A model generated the notes under the pieces. That model was not told the origin of the DNA and searched no databases. It saw only the letters and a list, made by a program, of their open reading frames with translations. Shown here in pieces: positions 1 through 13,756 of a DNA stretch of 64,000 bases (position 1 is its first letter; the number at the start of each line of letters is the position of its first letter). The stretch covers positions 39,308,001 through 39,372,000 of the forward strand of contig NC_043005.1 of the NCBI RefSeq assembly GCF_006345805.1. The letters run 5' to 3'. Source of the DNA: Octopus sinensis (lineage: Eukaryota). The position numbers and the translations under genes were made by a program.

Positions 1-99
1 TCGTGGTCACGTAAGTGTAGTAATATCTTTGCAACAACAGATAAATGCCATCAGAGTGTGGTGTAAGACGTGATTGTGGGTAGTGTGCCTGTGGAATCA

Positions 100-1090
100 A
101 TGAAATACAGGAATGGAGAAGTTAGTCTGTTGGGACAACAAGCCCCGTCTAGAATGGTATACCAGGATTATCCGTTGTCTGTTGATCGCTACTGCAGCAT
201 GTTTGACTATGCGCTTCCTTTCTAGGAGGCTGACTATTTGGCAAATTCGCTTCGCAGGGGAATAAGGTGGATCCTTATTAAGTATACCTCATTAGACGTT
301 GGAGAAAGTAGCGCTGTGGTTGCGAAATCCCCGAATAAAGCAGGACAAAGAGGAAGAGTTTTCCCTCTTCATACATCTGTTAGAGTGCCTAGGCTGTGTG
401 TATTTTCTTTTGCAGACGTTGTCCGACATGCCTGTGTAATGCGCCGCTAGACCATCTTGTGGTGTGAGAGTAACTCTACAGAAAGAGTGTTTTGAGAGGC
501 AGGATCTTCACAGCAGAAAGTCTGTAGTATTTTGGATGTTGACTGGGGTGAGTCTGAGATGAGTGTGAGTATTTACTTCTCTTGTAGCATGCGGTTTTGA
601 AATTGATGTAGTCTAAAAATATATAGCATTTTTGGAATTAAAGATTTTAACTTATCCATGGGATCTAGAGAAATATTGTATAATTTCAGAAGACTCTTGG
701 GTGTATTGTTGAGACATATAGGCTAATTGGAGGTTTACACCACACAAGTTTTAGTTTTCTGTCCCTTTCATTGTTTAGGGCGCAGTAAGGAGATTGTTCA
801 TGTATGCTACCTTCTCAGTAAAACATTCCTTGCTAGTTCTTCGTTAGAATAGATCAGAAGTGACTCCCTGACTTTCAGGGTGATTCTTCCTCCATTGATG
901 TACTTCGATGCTTGGTTTGTTGTAGAGGCCGTCCAAGAGACATAATGTGACACAAATGTTTGGGGATGGAGTTAAGCCTCTGATTCTTTGGTTTTAATTA
1001 ATATAGAGACAGTCGAAATTCCTTTTCAGTGCATCGTCATGCATTGTGCGAAACATCAGACCAATGAACAGATGTTTCTATTGGTGTGTA
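100..1090 (-). mobile_element. Penelope-like retroelement remnant (RT C-terminus plus GIY-YIG endonuclease), decayed
   Basis: Manual minus-strand translation gives VTLCLLDGLYNKP...NHP (PLE RT C-terminal region), then SCLSKHSFCRVTL...HYTGMSDNVCKRKYTQ...ENSSSLSCFI...ILNKDPPYS, matching the YIG-x-T...FKTRYTQH...NSTSLSKYIW...ILKKAPPYS pattern of PLE GIY-YIG domains. Stops and frameshifts present. Confidence 0.75.
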
Positions 1091-1649
1091 GCTTTCTCTT
1101 ATGTTACAATGATAAAGGAATATTTTTATTTTGTTGAACTCCATTCTTATATTCATTTGTAATATAAAAGGAAGGTCGAAACACTTATTCATGCCATTCA
1201 TAATTTTGGCATTTACCTTTATGTCGTTCAGGTGGTATTTTAGTCTTCCTGTGAATCAATTAAATACGCTTCAAATTTCCTTAACAAAACAGATCACAGC
1301 AAATAGACATCAGTATGCATGAATTTACGTATTATGATCATATGTATGTATTTATGTATATAAGTTTATATGTATGTATTTGTGTATTTATCTGTGTATT
1401 TATCGGTGTTCTCTTGTATTTTTAATTATTTGAATTCTTCTTGGTGTTCATAACAAAGCTACAATGCTCCATCCCTGGAAAGTAGATAACAAAAACAATA
1501 TCACACGTTGAATGTGAGAAAATTCATGCATGGTTTTACTGTTCCGCTTGCAAATTATAATTGCAAGGTGCATATTAGCTGGTTGATTTCTTTTCCTGAA
1601 AACCCCATCTGTTCCAGGTGTCACTGTGGCATTTATTGTATATTTACTG

Positions 1650-2113
1650 TATCTTATCAATTTTTTCTTCGTTCAGTCATTGGATCGTGACCGTGCTGGG
1701 GCAGAGCCTTGAAAGGTTTAGTCGAACAATTCGATCCCAGTTCGTATTTTTGGAGTCTGGTAATTATTCTATATTTCGCTATTGCTGGGATATAAGCAAA
1801 GAGCAAACCAATGCAAATTGTCCAACAGATACACTCACGAACACAAAGAGACACACTTATATATGTATACATACATATACATATATATGTGTGTGTGTGT
1901 GTATAGATAAACACATATAAACATACGCACACGCACACACACATATACATATACGACGGGCTTTCACTCAGTATGTCTTCTACAAAATTGGTCCTTAATG
2001 CAGTGCTCAGCACGGTGTTATAGATAATTGCTCAAGGTGCCTCGCAGCGACATTGATTACAAAACTGAGTGATTGCTAGGCGAGCTTCTTGACCAGACAG
2101 CCATGCCTGTGCC
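1650..2113 (-). mobile_element. SINE family A (tRNA-like head, (TG)n middle, conserved 3' domain), full length, diverged
   Basis: Shares head (reverse of ...gctgtgtggt...aagc) and 3' domain (ttagtcgaac...gacccag) with the copies at 23368 and 56230. Confidence 0.75.
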
Positions 2114-2377
2114 GATATGTACGTATTTATTTATATGTATGTTTGGGTGGATGGATGGATGGATGGATTGATTTTTGTATTGTGTGTATTATTTGAATTT
2201 GTTTTGACCTGCTTCCTTCTCGGTGGCAAGGTTGCATAAACTTATTTCTCGTTAAAAATCCGGTCTTGTATTTCACGTCAGCTTTTGCGTACATATGTGT
2301 ATATATGTATGTATGTATGCCTGTGTATATATGTATACATGTATTTTATATGTATGCACACTTATGTTTTATGCACG

Positions 2378-2379
<2 letters not shown>

Positions 2380-2426
<47 letters not shown>
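2380..2426. repeat. (TA)n microsatellite
   Basis: Direct reading. Confidence 0.95.
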
Positions 2427-2433
<7 letters not shown>

Positions 2434-3036
2434 CACATACATATACATTTGTATGTGCTAATGTGCATATTTGTTCGCTGTGTGTAATTCTTTTTTACTT
2501 GTATTTTTCGCAAGAATGTAGGAATACAATCCGTTGCATTGAGAGAACTTGATGGAAAAAGAATTGGAAACAGGCGAAGTAGGGTTGATTGGATGGTATC
2601 TCTACTGTCAGATCCAGATTTCTTATCGTAGATTGCAAATATAAAGTGTAGATAGGTATAAATATAGGTATTGAGGCAGGTACGCTGTTTAGTAAATAGT
2701 TAGACAGCGAAGCAGAGAGAGAAAGAGAGTTCGATGCATAGACGGACGGATTGATAGGGGTAGATAGATAAGTAAATGGATGCATGGATAGATAAAGAAA
2801 TGAATAGATAGCTACAGAGATAAGGAGATGGAGAGGGAGAGAAAGAGAGATAGGCAGATAAACAGATAGGCAGATAAAGACCGATAGATGGATAAATAAG
2901 TGAGTAGATAGTTAAAGTAAATAGACGAATGAATAGATATATAACAGGATAGAGGAATGCATCGCTAATGTGATAGACAGACAGATAGATAGATATATGG
3001 ACAGAGAGAGGGAGAGAGACACACAGGCAGGCAGAC

Positions 3037-3262
<226 letters not shown>

Positions 3263-3624
3263 TTATGCAGCAATTCAATGCAAAAATATATTGATATTAT
3301 TTTTTTAAGTTTTCTACACGTAGATACACGTAGACATTTTTTGTGCAGTAGGAATCATTTTTTTTATAATTTCATGCACAAACTTATACACGTAGTCATA
3401 TACATGTGTGCAAGGGTACGGGGAGCATATGTAAATGTGTACGGGAAGTGCATATATGTCGGGTAAGGTGCGTGCGTATGTCTGTGTGCGTGTGAGTTAA
3501 AAACAGAGTTATGAAATGGAGAAGGATATGTAAGATACGTAGAAATATCTTGATAGACGGATTTCATGTACAAAATATTTTCTTCTTAATATTATGTATT
3601 TTATGAATTTATGTAAAATATGTA

Positions 3625-3630
3625 TATATT

Positions 3631-3712
<82 letters not shown>
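3625..3712. repeat. (TA)n(TG)n compound microsatellite
   Basis: Direct reading. Confidence 0.95.
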
Positions 3713-3714
<2 letters not shown>

Positions 3715-4054
3715 TTTGTCTATGGAGAGAGAGAAAGAGAGAGAAGGAGGGAGAGAGTGGAAGAGAGAAATAGTAAATACATATATTACTATATAAACAT
3801 ATATCTGTATATATGTGTATGGATATATATGTATATGTATGTATGCATATATATATGCGTGTGTATGTATGTGTGTGTACTATATGTATAAATCCTTAAA
3901 AATGTTTTAGCCCGAAGGCCGCAGCCATGCTGGGGCACCATGTATGTATGTATGTATATATATACATTATACATATATGTATATATATATAAGTACATTG
4001 TATATTTGTATTTATATTTGATATATATATATATATATGTATGTATCTACACAG

Positions 4055-4093
<39 letters not shown>

Positions 4094-5074
4094 CACATAC
4101 ATACATACGAGTGTGTGTGTGTGTGAGTGTGTATGTGTGTGTATGATAGGAGAAAACCGATTGACTTATCGTCCCACACCAGCAGACCTCCCTCTCCACT
4201 GCAACTATTGTCTCACTTCCTTCTCATGCACACGTGGCCTTTGCTCTACCGATTCACAATAGATTCATAACAAAAGATACCCGAAAAAAATATCCTATGG
4301 AACACAACTTATATATCCACTTCACAATTCAAAAACACACGCTCTTACCTCTTTATACAGACTTGAAATTGAAAAGAACCCACTTGTATTATACTGTTCT
4401 CATCATTCTCAAAAATCAAAAAAAAGGGTATTTTCACTTGAATGTCTGGTAATATATTGAACGCCGTGAAGAAACGTTTAGTCTCATTCATATTTAATGT
4501 TTCCTCAACTGCCTTGCTATCGGTTATTAAATATTATAACGCAAAATTATAAGCTTTATTCTTTTTCTTTCTATACCTAATATTTCCCCAACTGCATTTG
4601 CGTTGCTTTCTAGATCATTGTTTATTATTTTCCTCCATGCTTGAAGCGAATGCAGGAAATTAAAAGGATGTTCATAGAGATAACAACAATATCAGCTGTC
4701 ATAGCTATCACAGAGTGTTTTCTTCTTTCATTTCCTACATACCAACAGATACTAGACGTTCTCAGTGTTATCATAATTCTAGAATCATGTAGACAGCACG
4801 TCGTCTGTGCATACACGATAAGGAAATGACAGACCTCAGACACAGAATACAATCACAAATCTTAATTTATACTAATCAAGGTAAAAGTTACATATATTTG
4901 TTTGTGTTAATTTGTTTAGGTATTTCCATGTTTTATGAAGTCATTGTAATAGTAGTACGTTGTTAGAATACGTTCTCCAACGTTTTTTGGAAGCCAATTG
5001 AATGTATGTGTTGTATTGAAGATATTATTGATATTTCCTTGTCAATAGGGACAATTTATTTACATGCAGTAAGT

Positions 5075-5235
5075 TTCCTGGATTTCACGCCAGTCCGTCA
5101 CGGGGTTAATCATTTACTGCTGAATGGACTCAAGCAACGTGAAATGAAGTGTTTTGCTCAAGAGCACAACTCAACGACCGGTCCAAAAATTGAAACCATG
5201 GTTTTCCGATTGTGTATGCAACATCCTAACCAGGA
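5075..5235 (-). mobile_element. SINE family C fragment
   Basis: gcaacgtgaaatgaagtgttttgctcaagagcacaac motif, shared with 6650, 38260 and ~50000. Confidence 0.65.
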
Positions 5236-5269
5236 TATCACGCGCCTTCTAGAATAGTTTTTGCTTTGG

Positions 5270-5430
5270 ACAGATATTTAGCGGCATTTCTTCCGGCTCT
5301 TTTCTGAGTTCAAATCATGCTAGAGCTAGAGTAAACTTTGCCTTTCAGCCGTTTGGTTTCAATAAAGTAAAGAAGTACCGGGGTCTAAATAATCGATTTG
5401 TCCCTTCCCCTCCAGCATTGCTGGTCTTGA
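5270..5430 (+). mobile_element. SINE family B fragment
   Basis: ttagcggcatttc...ctgagttcaaat...tttgcctttca motif shared with many copies in the window. Confidence 0.65.
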
Positions 5431-5659
5431 AGCCTGGTGTCCCGTCACCATTCAGCTGATCTAGAAAACGAGTATTTTTATAAGATTCCCTCATCAATTT
5501 ATCAACTTTGAATCACAAAATACATGAATAAAACAGTGTGTGTGTGTATGTGTTCGTGTGTGTTCGTGTGTGTTCGTGTGTGTGTGCGTGCGCATGCGTA
5601 AGTGCATGCGCATGCGTAAGTGCATGCGCATGTGTGCGCGCGTATATGTATATTTATGT

Positions 5660-5860
5660 TTGTTTGTATAACCTCCACCCTACACCGCTTGCCAACCATT
5701 TGTATCCACCACTGTAACTTAGCGGTTCGTTATAAGACGCCATCAACATAAACATCAGACTTAAAAATATGTACTAGGATTGATTTATTTGACTAAATTC
5801 TTCAAGATGGTGCCCCAGCAAGACTGCTGTAGAATGACTGAAGCAAGTAAAAGATAAAAG
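5660..5860 (+). mobile_element. SINE family A 3' domain
   Basis: gtaacttagcggttcg...gactaaa...ccccagca...atgactgaagcaagtaaaagataaaaga. Confidence 0.75.
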
Positions 5861-6559
5861 ATACCCTAAATAAACGAACAATTTATGTAGCTATGACATT
5901 ATCTTATAACATCACAGGTATCTGGCAATGTACGAAAGATGAAAAGTAATATATAACATGAAAATAGTGACAATGGTATATAGACTATTAAGCGCTATCC
6001 AGGAAAATTATAATTTTCATATCTGTGATAATCTGCAAAGTATAATTATTGCCATCACGTATTCTCTAATATTTCATCATTGTTTCTTTATAGCTCCGGA
6101 CCGAACAATTCTTTGAGTGGGAATTAGGTAGACAGAGTCTATGTGGAATCCCATCGTATGTGTGTGTGAGTGTGTGTGTGTTTGTGTGTGTGTGTGTGTA
6201 TGTGTGTGTGTGTATTTTATGTGTGGATGTACCTCATTGGTTTTGCGTTTGATTATTACTGTTTGGCAACTCGTGTTGCTCTGTTTACATCTGCATATCA
6301 TAGTGGGTCGATAGAGAGCTCTTGAATAAGTGCCAGATAAAAATAATAGATTCTGTGGTAGATTCGTTCGACTAAAATCTTCAAAGCACTACCACAACAC
6401 GGGCACAACCTAATAACTCAAACAAGTAAAATAATAAGGAATAAAAGGATTAATTAATGATGGGAGTGAATAATGAGAATAAATATTACGCATAGTAGGC
6501 ATTGTTCAGTAAATAAAGTAAACACTGTTTCGAGTTCTAAGACTCATTGTAACTGTCAC

Positions 6560-6760
6560 CCGGTTTCCGTGGTGCATAAGTGACCAAGATCACATTATTT
6601 TCCCTTGAATACGATGCCAGTCCTTTGAGTTGCAGGGCTGAGTAAACTGGAGCAACGTGAAATGAAGTGTTTAGCTCGAGACCACATTGCACCACTCGGC
6701 CCTGAAATCAAAACCACTACCTTGCGATTGTGAGTGCAATACTCTGGCCTTAAGGTCACA
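6560..6760 (-). mobile_element. SINE family C fragment
   Basis: gctgagtaaactggagcaacgtgaaatgaagtgtttagctcgag. Confidence 0.65.
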
Positions 6761-7386
6761 AGATTTCACACAACCGTTCAGAAAGAAAGATAAATAATAT
6801 AAGAATAATTGAAACATAGACCACCATAGGCGGAAACGAATTCACAACACATAAAACTCAAACAACTTAAGATCAAATGAAATTGTCGAAGTCCCTAATT
6901 TATAACAGAAACCCCTAAATGTTACCCATTGGTATGTAGTAGTGGCATTTATTGACCTGGAAAGTAGATCAAAATCTATACCTTAATGACTGCTGAAGGG
7001 GACAATAATATCAATTCTCAAGTACATTTTTACAAAGCACAGCCCTAAAACTAATTGTCTACAATTTGATTGCCGGCAAAATTCTGGTCCCTTATGTTTA
7101 AATTCTACAACGGACACAGTAATATACCGGAACACCTACGTAAAAGCATATTACATGGCAAAATCTTGTTCACACATCTGAGACAAGCGCCTAAAACTAG
7201 AGACCTTTAACTTAATTGCGAATAGCATTCTATCATCTTATGCTTAATTCTACACCAGGCAGTGGAATATACCACCATTTATCGCTATTTCTGTTTATTG
7301 AATATTATGTTTATTATACATATTGAAACTTATAAGTTTCCTGGTTAGCATTTCATATCCTATTGGCGACCGTCTCTATTTGCATG

Positions 7387-7430
<44 letters not shown>

Positions 7431-8069
7431 CCTTTCATCACAGCCAGACATCTGTGATGTTATTTATAGTGTCCTAGCTTAATAAAATTATACACTTATG
7501 TATGGTATGTGGACTGATTTATCGCTGTAAAAACGAATTACAAGTAGTGACACATATCCATTCATCCATCTCCGTCCACTGTTCCTGGGAGCGTTCAGTA
7601 GGATTAGAGTCCGCTATTAGTTTCTTTCTATCCCAGTAACTTAGTGGTTCGGCAAAAGGCTGATGATAGAATGAGTACCAAATTTTAAATATAGTAATAA
7701 GAATTGAGGTCTGTTTGTTTGCTTGAACCTTTCAAGATGGTGCCATACATGGCCCATTCCAATAACTGAAATTATGCAACAAAACAAACAAGGTTCCTTG
7801 TTTTAGACGACAGTCTCAAACATAGGCACAGTTTACATTCATATCAATATTACCAGACAGACTGAACACTCTTTGTACACAATAGATACATTAACCAATC
7901 AATAAGGTAACAACACAAACAACATATATTCTTTGAAATCAACACCAGACATAAAATTATACAATACATATATACTCTTAGATAACTGATATCTGACACA
8001 ACAATAGCCGCAACTCACACAACTTATGGGTTCTACACAATTGCCAGTTATTATTAATATAACCTAACA

Positions 8070-8335
8070 AGAAGGGGAAGAGCTGGCAGGTTCGTTAGCG
8101 CCGGACAAAATGTTATGAATCATTTCATCCGTCTTTACGTTCTGAGTTTAAATTCCGCGGATAAAATACGTGCCAGTTGAGAACTGGAGTCGAAGTGATC
8201 AACTTAAACCCGTCCCCAGAATTGCTGGCCTTGTGCCAAAATTTGAAACCAATATAATGCAACAAGGCAGAGTGAACTGGCAGAATCGTTAGTGCGCCGG
8301 ACAAAACATTTAGCATAATTTCTTCCAGCTCTTTA
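8070..8335 (+). mobile_element. Two adjacent SINE family B copies (one internally deleted, one head only)
   Basis: gagctggcag...cgttagcgccggacaaaat head at ~8080 and again at ~8270. Confidence 0.75.
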
Positions 8336-11300
8336 CCACAAAATAGCAGAACCTACATTGCTCATAGACTACACAACAAATAGACAAAACATTTCAAGAA
8401 ACAGAACGTCAAAAAAAAAACACTTTTAACAAAGCAAAATTATTGTAATTCGCAAAGGCAATACACAGAAAACACAAACGCCATACAACAAAAAAACCAC
8501 ATTGCTCATAGGCTACTTAGGAAACAGACAAAATATTTAAACACCAGAAACGAAAAAATATCAACCTAACAACGAAGTAATATTAATGAAATTAACATAC
8601 ATACACAGACACACACACACACACACACTAACACACCACAACATCCCTAGAAAAAACAAAACAATGTGACACACACCACCAGGAACACAGAGTTGCACCT
8701 GGTACTGGGAAAGAAAAAATCGCATAAAATTGTTAGAAATATAATAGAATGATGGTAAATAATTGTTTTAATAATGATTAAGGTATTATTAGTACTAAAA
8801 ACAATAGGCGGCAGCGGTGGTGGCTTTTGGTGGTCGCAGTTTTGTTAATGAAGATGTTGTTGTTCTTCTTCTTCTTCTTCTTGTTGCTGTTGTTTTTGTC
8901 GGTTGTGGTGGCGGCGGTGGCGGTGGCGGTGGTGGTGGAGGGGGATGTTGGTGTAATTACTAACGTTGTTAGTGTTATTAGTTCTTTTAATCTTGTTCTT
9001 GTATTAGCCTCATTTGTACGTTTTGGTGTTTCCTATTTTTATTTGTTGCTCTTCTTTTGTGCTGTATATGTTTCCCCGCACCCATTTTCTTTTCTGTAGA
9101 TTTGTTTTCTTTTTCTATTATTTTTATTTTACATTCCTCACTTTTTTTTTTTGGTTCTTTTTTTTTGTCAAAATTATTTTACGAAAAATTTTCTTCCCTA
9201 TTGATTCCAGCAAAGATTAGTTCTAAATTCAATTCTGTTGTACATTCCAATCTGATTTTCATATTTTCCAATAATTATTTTGGACCTATAACTAAAAATA
9301 CCACTATTATTATTTTTTTTGTTCATCTTCGTTTTTGTTGGTATTATTATCATTACTATCATTATTACTATTAGTGTTATAGTTGTTGTAATGCCCTCGT
9401 CAACCATCGCTCTTATGGCAACCAGAACATTATTATTATTATCATCATCATCATCATCATCATCATCATCGTCGTTATTATTATTATTATTTGTATATAT
9501 ATATATGTATGTATGCGTATTTTTGTGTCTACTTATTATTTCTCCCTTTTTTTTCACTTTTCATTTGCAGTAATTTCATAATGGCATTTAACTTTCTCCA
9601 ATTTTATCTTAGAACTAACAAAAAGGAAATATCAAAGAAACGAAAATAAATTCGAGACTAATCTTCTAGCTATTCACTTGATTTCTCTCTTTTGGTTTTG
9701 GAATTGTTTATTTGATTATTTCTATTGATAACAGGAATATCATTGTTCTAGGGGTAAAAACAAAATTAAAATAAAGTATTAAAATATCTAGCAAACACTA
9801 AAACCTTCATTAGGTTGATATTGGTGGGCGAAAAGTGATGTTTTATATGATATTATATCGGTTTAGAATATAATCAACTGTTGTATACTACAGGATGCAA
9901 AATGTTATCAAATGACACCGCTTCACAAATTACAAGACAGATTAAGACTAAAGCCTGCATCACCTACGTACAAAAGCATACTCTAATATAGTGTAATTTA
10001 GAATAATCACCTGGTTCTGCTAATTCTGATTTAGAGGGCCACATTAACATATCATAGCGTAACATAATAATCTGTAGTTACAGAATACAGCATTGACATA
10101 TCTAATATTATTGTAAGACGCTATTACTTGTTATGAGAAAATGAGGACGCTCTTACACAACTAGAATTATCTGACGAAATCCCGTGAAATTACACGCTGT
10201 CAACATAAAAAAAGAGATTAAGTCTGGGATATATATATTATCTGAGGAAAGGACGAGATGGCAATGGCTTGGAAGCATTTGTTCATTGGTCTAGCAAAAT
10301 CAGGACTAATCGGAGATTAAACAACTTCAGTAACATCAACTATATTGAACGAAAGTACATCACACTAGACCAAAAAGCAATTGTGATCAGTTTGAAAAGT
10401 ATTCTCTTATTATTAAATTCTAAATTCAACACGAAAACTTTGTCCTTCGGGAAGAACTTGTCGTCTGTTTTGAATATTTTCAACAAAGTAAAATCAGTGT
10501 TTAGGAATAAATGTCTGGTGACAGATCAATGGTGCAACTACTGCTACAGTCTCTCATTAAAATGGAGACCATTTCTAAATTCTAATTGCTGGAATCTCTT
10601 TTCAGAAGACATTTTGTAAACTATACAGTCTTCAAATTACGTCTAAAGTGGTTGTTACACTATTCGATTTGAGAGATACATACATTTCAAAAAGCTCTCC
10701 AAGCGTCTTATTTTGTTCAGGTAGTCTGTTTGCAGATAGATTTGTGCTCTGCTAATATTTGTGATAGAATAGTAAAAGCTACAAAAGGAGTCTTCTGTCC
10801 TTCACCCAATCGAGAACTCACAGCTGGGTCTTCGTTATAATCTGCGATGGAACGTTACTAGTTTTTATTCCAGACGAAGTACAAGATTCTATTCTAACGC
10901 TTTTCAGAATAGAACTGGAAACACTCACCATAACAACAACAATAATATTTATTGCATTAAAAATTAACTATTATTATATTGATAATTATGACATTAATTA
11001 TTAAATAAATAGTTGTAATAATAACATAGACAAATAAAAATGAATATAAGAACAAAAAGGAGAGGAAACAGTAAGGTGAGAGGATAAGAATTCTTCTTAA
11101 ACGTTATTCTATCTGCATTGCGAAAACTGATTTTTAACAGTTGTTATCGACGTGTATGAAGAAAAAAAATGCATTAATAGAATCCATGATACATTTTTTT
11201 AAAAAATGAACATATATCCACAACATAATCTCGTGACATGTGAAGAAATTAAATATTTTCTGCACACATCTGAGAACAGGAAGTTGGTCTAAGGTATCAT

Positions 11301-12077
11301 GTTAAAATAAACCTAAAAGGCGGGTAGTCGTATAAAAAGTTTACGTTTATTTCGTTTTTTTGCAAATTTTCTTTTCTTTTTGCAGGCTATTTATATTCAA
11401 GTATTTTTCTGTCATTTCAACAGCCTCTGATCTTGAAATTTCTTTGGAAAGATTCAAGCTAAATTAAACTACGTTAATGTCTAAGATTCTGCGCCATAAG
11501 TCTACAAGTTTAATTAGATATCTGGATATTAATAAAAAGGAAATAAATATAAAAATGAGCAAGCTCTACATAAATTTTTGCTTAAATATAGAAAAAAATA
11601 TGGTTCATCCTTTCTAATAAATTTCAAAAAAATTCAAAATAAAAGAAATCATAAATCGTTCAGCAAGGTTCAAAATGTAGACGACAAGATACTTGTTTGA
11701 CATCAGAAATGAGCAAAAAGTTTCGTTAAAAAATCATCAAATTTCCCACTTTGAATATCAATATATTTCTTTTTATATCTGGGGAGGGGAAGGGGGGTTA
11801 ATTTAAATAAATACACCTTATGCTGAAAACCAGAAGCTATTTCTCAGCATAACAGGGAGTACGATTTATCTCAATAATTACTGCTATAAAACGATCCCTT
11901 AACTCGGCTTTTGTGGGCAAAATAGGAGATCAGTAGGGTTGATATAGTTGTCTAACATAAGATGGCGAAAGACAACAAGGTAGGTGAATCGTTAGCGTGT
12001 CAAACAATTGTTGACGCACAAACTCTCAGTATTTTTCCAGCTCCTTGCATTCAGCTGTGGTCAGTTTTGCCTATCAG

Positions 12078-12079
12078 AG

Positions 12080-12121
<42 letters not shown>

Positions 12122-12125
12122 CTAT

Positions 12126-12188
<63 letters not shown>

Positions 12189-12189
12189 T

Positions 12190-12240
<51 letters not shown>
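12078..12240. repeat. (GATA)n microsatellite between SINE fragments
   Basis: Direct reading. Confidence 0.97.
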
Positions 12241-12241
<1 letters not shown>

Positions 12242-12309
12242 TTTCCGTCTACCAAATCCACTCAATGCTTTGTTCGGCCGGACTTACACTACGAGACAGT
12301 TACTGAATT

Positions 12310-12560
12310 CTTCAATCCCTCTATCCCCTACTACTCTCCTCTCCTTCCACGTGACCGGTGTTCTGCCAAGCCCGGCCTTTCTTTCTTGGTTCGACTACCA
12401 TCCGTGTCGCATCTCTTATATTCCTTCCCATGACTTTCATCTTCTGCCTAAATTATGTTTGGCGCTGCCGTAAGGCTTCACTTCTTCACACACCACCTTA
12501 ACTTAATTCGTCCTTAGTAGAAAGACACCTGTTCTTAATGTCCTGCGGTTTGTATTTGGC
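12310..12560 (-). mobile_element. Possible RTE-clade LINE C-terminal remnant
   Basis: Minus frame IRDATRMVVEPRKKGRAWQNTGHV weakly resembles the RTE IR..T...KKRKW.WAGHV motif; heavily decayed. Confidence 0.35.
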
Positions 12561-12905
12561 CTAATTTAGCCAAATGCGTTTTGTTTTCAACATTTAATCT
12601 TGCTTGCAATAGCCGGTTCTTTTGGTCAAACTATCGTATCTCCAGCTACTTCAGATGAAAATTATCAAAGTATAGTACAACGGTTTTAGCATTTTTCGAA
12701 AGTGTAGTAAGTCATACATTCAACACTTTTGCAAAAATATTTCTGACTGAAAACATCATACATGCATGGAGTTAGTATTTAGTGCATTAAAATATTATTG
12801 TTAAGCTGAAGCAGTTGCTAATTAAAAAAGAAATGGAATAGTGAAACTACTTTTTCGTTTTCTGAAAAAGCAACGTTTTGGACTTACGACACTTTTGCAA
12901 AATAG

Positions 12906-12951
<46 letters not shown>

Positions 12952-13651
12952 GCTACAGCAGTACCAGCTCCAAGCAGTATTTAGGCGTAAGCGAACTTTA
13001 GGTTAGTTGAATTGTGACATATTTCGACTTCTAAAGACAAATTCACTGCAGTTACCGTAAAGTAAATATTCCGTCAGTTCAGAACAAAAAGATAAAGTCA
13101 GAAAAATGTAATTTTTTCTAACCTGACGACCTGATGGCGCATCTTAATCAATATTGTTGACTGAGTTTTAGTTAAAGCTGCGACTTTAAGTATGTCTGTC
13201 CAAAGTTTCCTCTCTACGTTATATCGCTTCGATAACGAGTAAAGAGCTAAAAACATGTCTGAGAATTCGACAGCAAGCAGCACTGGACACATATGGTGTT
13301 TTTACACCGTTTTACCTGAAGAGAGAATTTTGTATCCACGGTAACACAGAATTTTGGACCTCACTAAAATGTAAGACTATTGAATTAACGAACATTTTTA
13401 CTTCTTTTTTCATTTCCTTTCCGTACATCCCCTACTTCCTCCTATTCTCCTCTGCCATATAATCGTTCTGATGATGCCTAGTTATTGCAACGAGGTAAAT
13501 ATGAATTTAACCCAGCTTGATATACTGAAACAGCTGTAAACATACTCCCATGGTTATTAAACGACTTTAAAACATTAATGATTGACTTCTTTTATTATTG
13601 CTCTATTTTTTATCGATTTATATACATACAAATATACATACATATATTTAC

Positions 13652-13682
<31 letters not shown>

Positions 13683-13688
13683 CATACA

Positions 13689-13722
<34 letters not shown>

Positions 13723-13725
13723 GAA

Positions 13726-13750
<25 letters not shown>

Positions 13751-13756
<6 letters not shown>

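Noticed and set aside
5589-5635. NRF1-like TGCGCATGCG motifs in an 18 bp direct repeat
   Set aside because: Embedded in a purine-pyrimidine microsatellite where such words arise readily.
10269-10619. 116 aa ORF in unique-looking sequence
   Set aside because: TTG start, no recognisable motif, no convincing splice sites; neighbouring frames are full of stops.
13098-13292. 64 aa minus-strand ORF as an exon
   Set aside because: Only a weak donor (GTTAGA), ambiguous acceptor and no recognisable homology.
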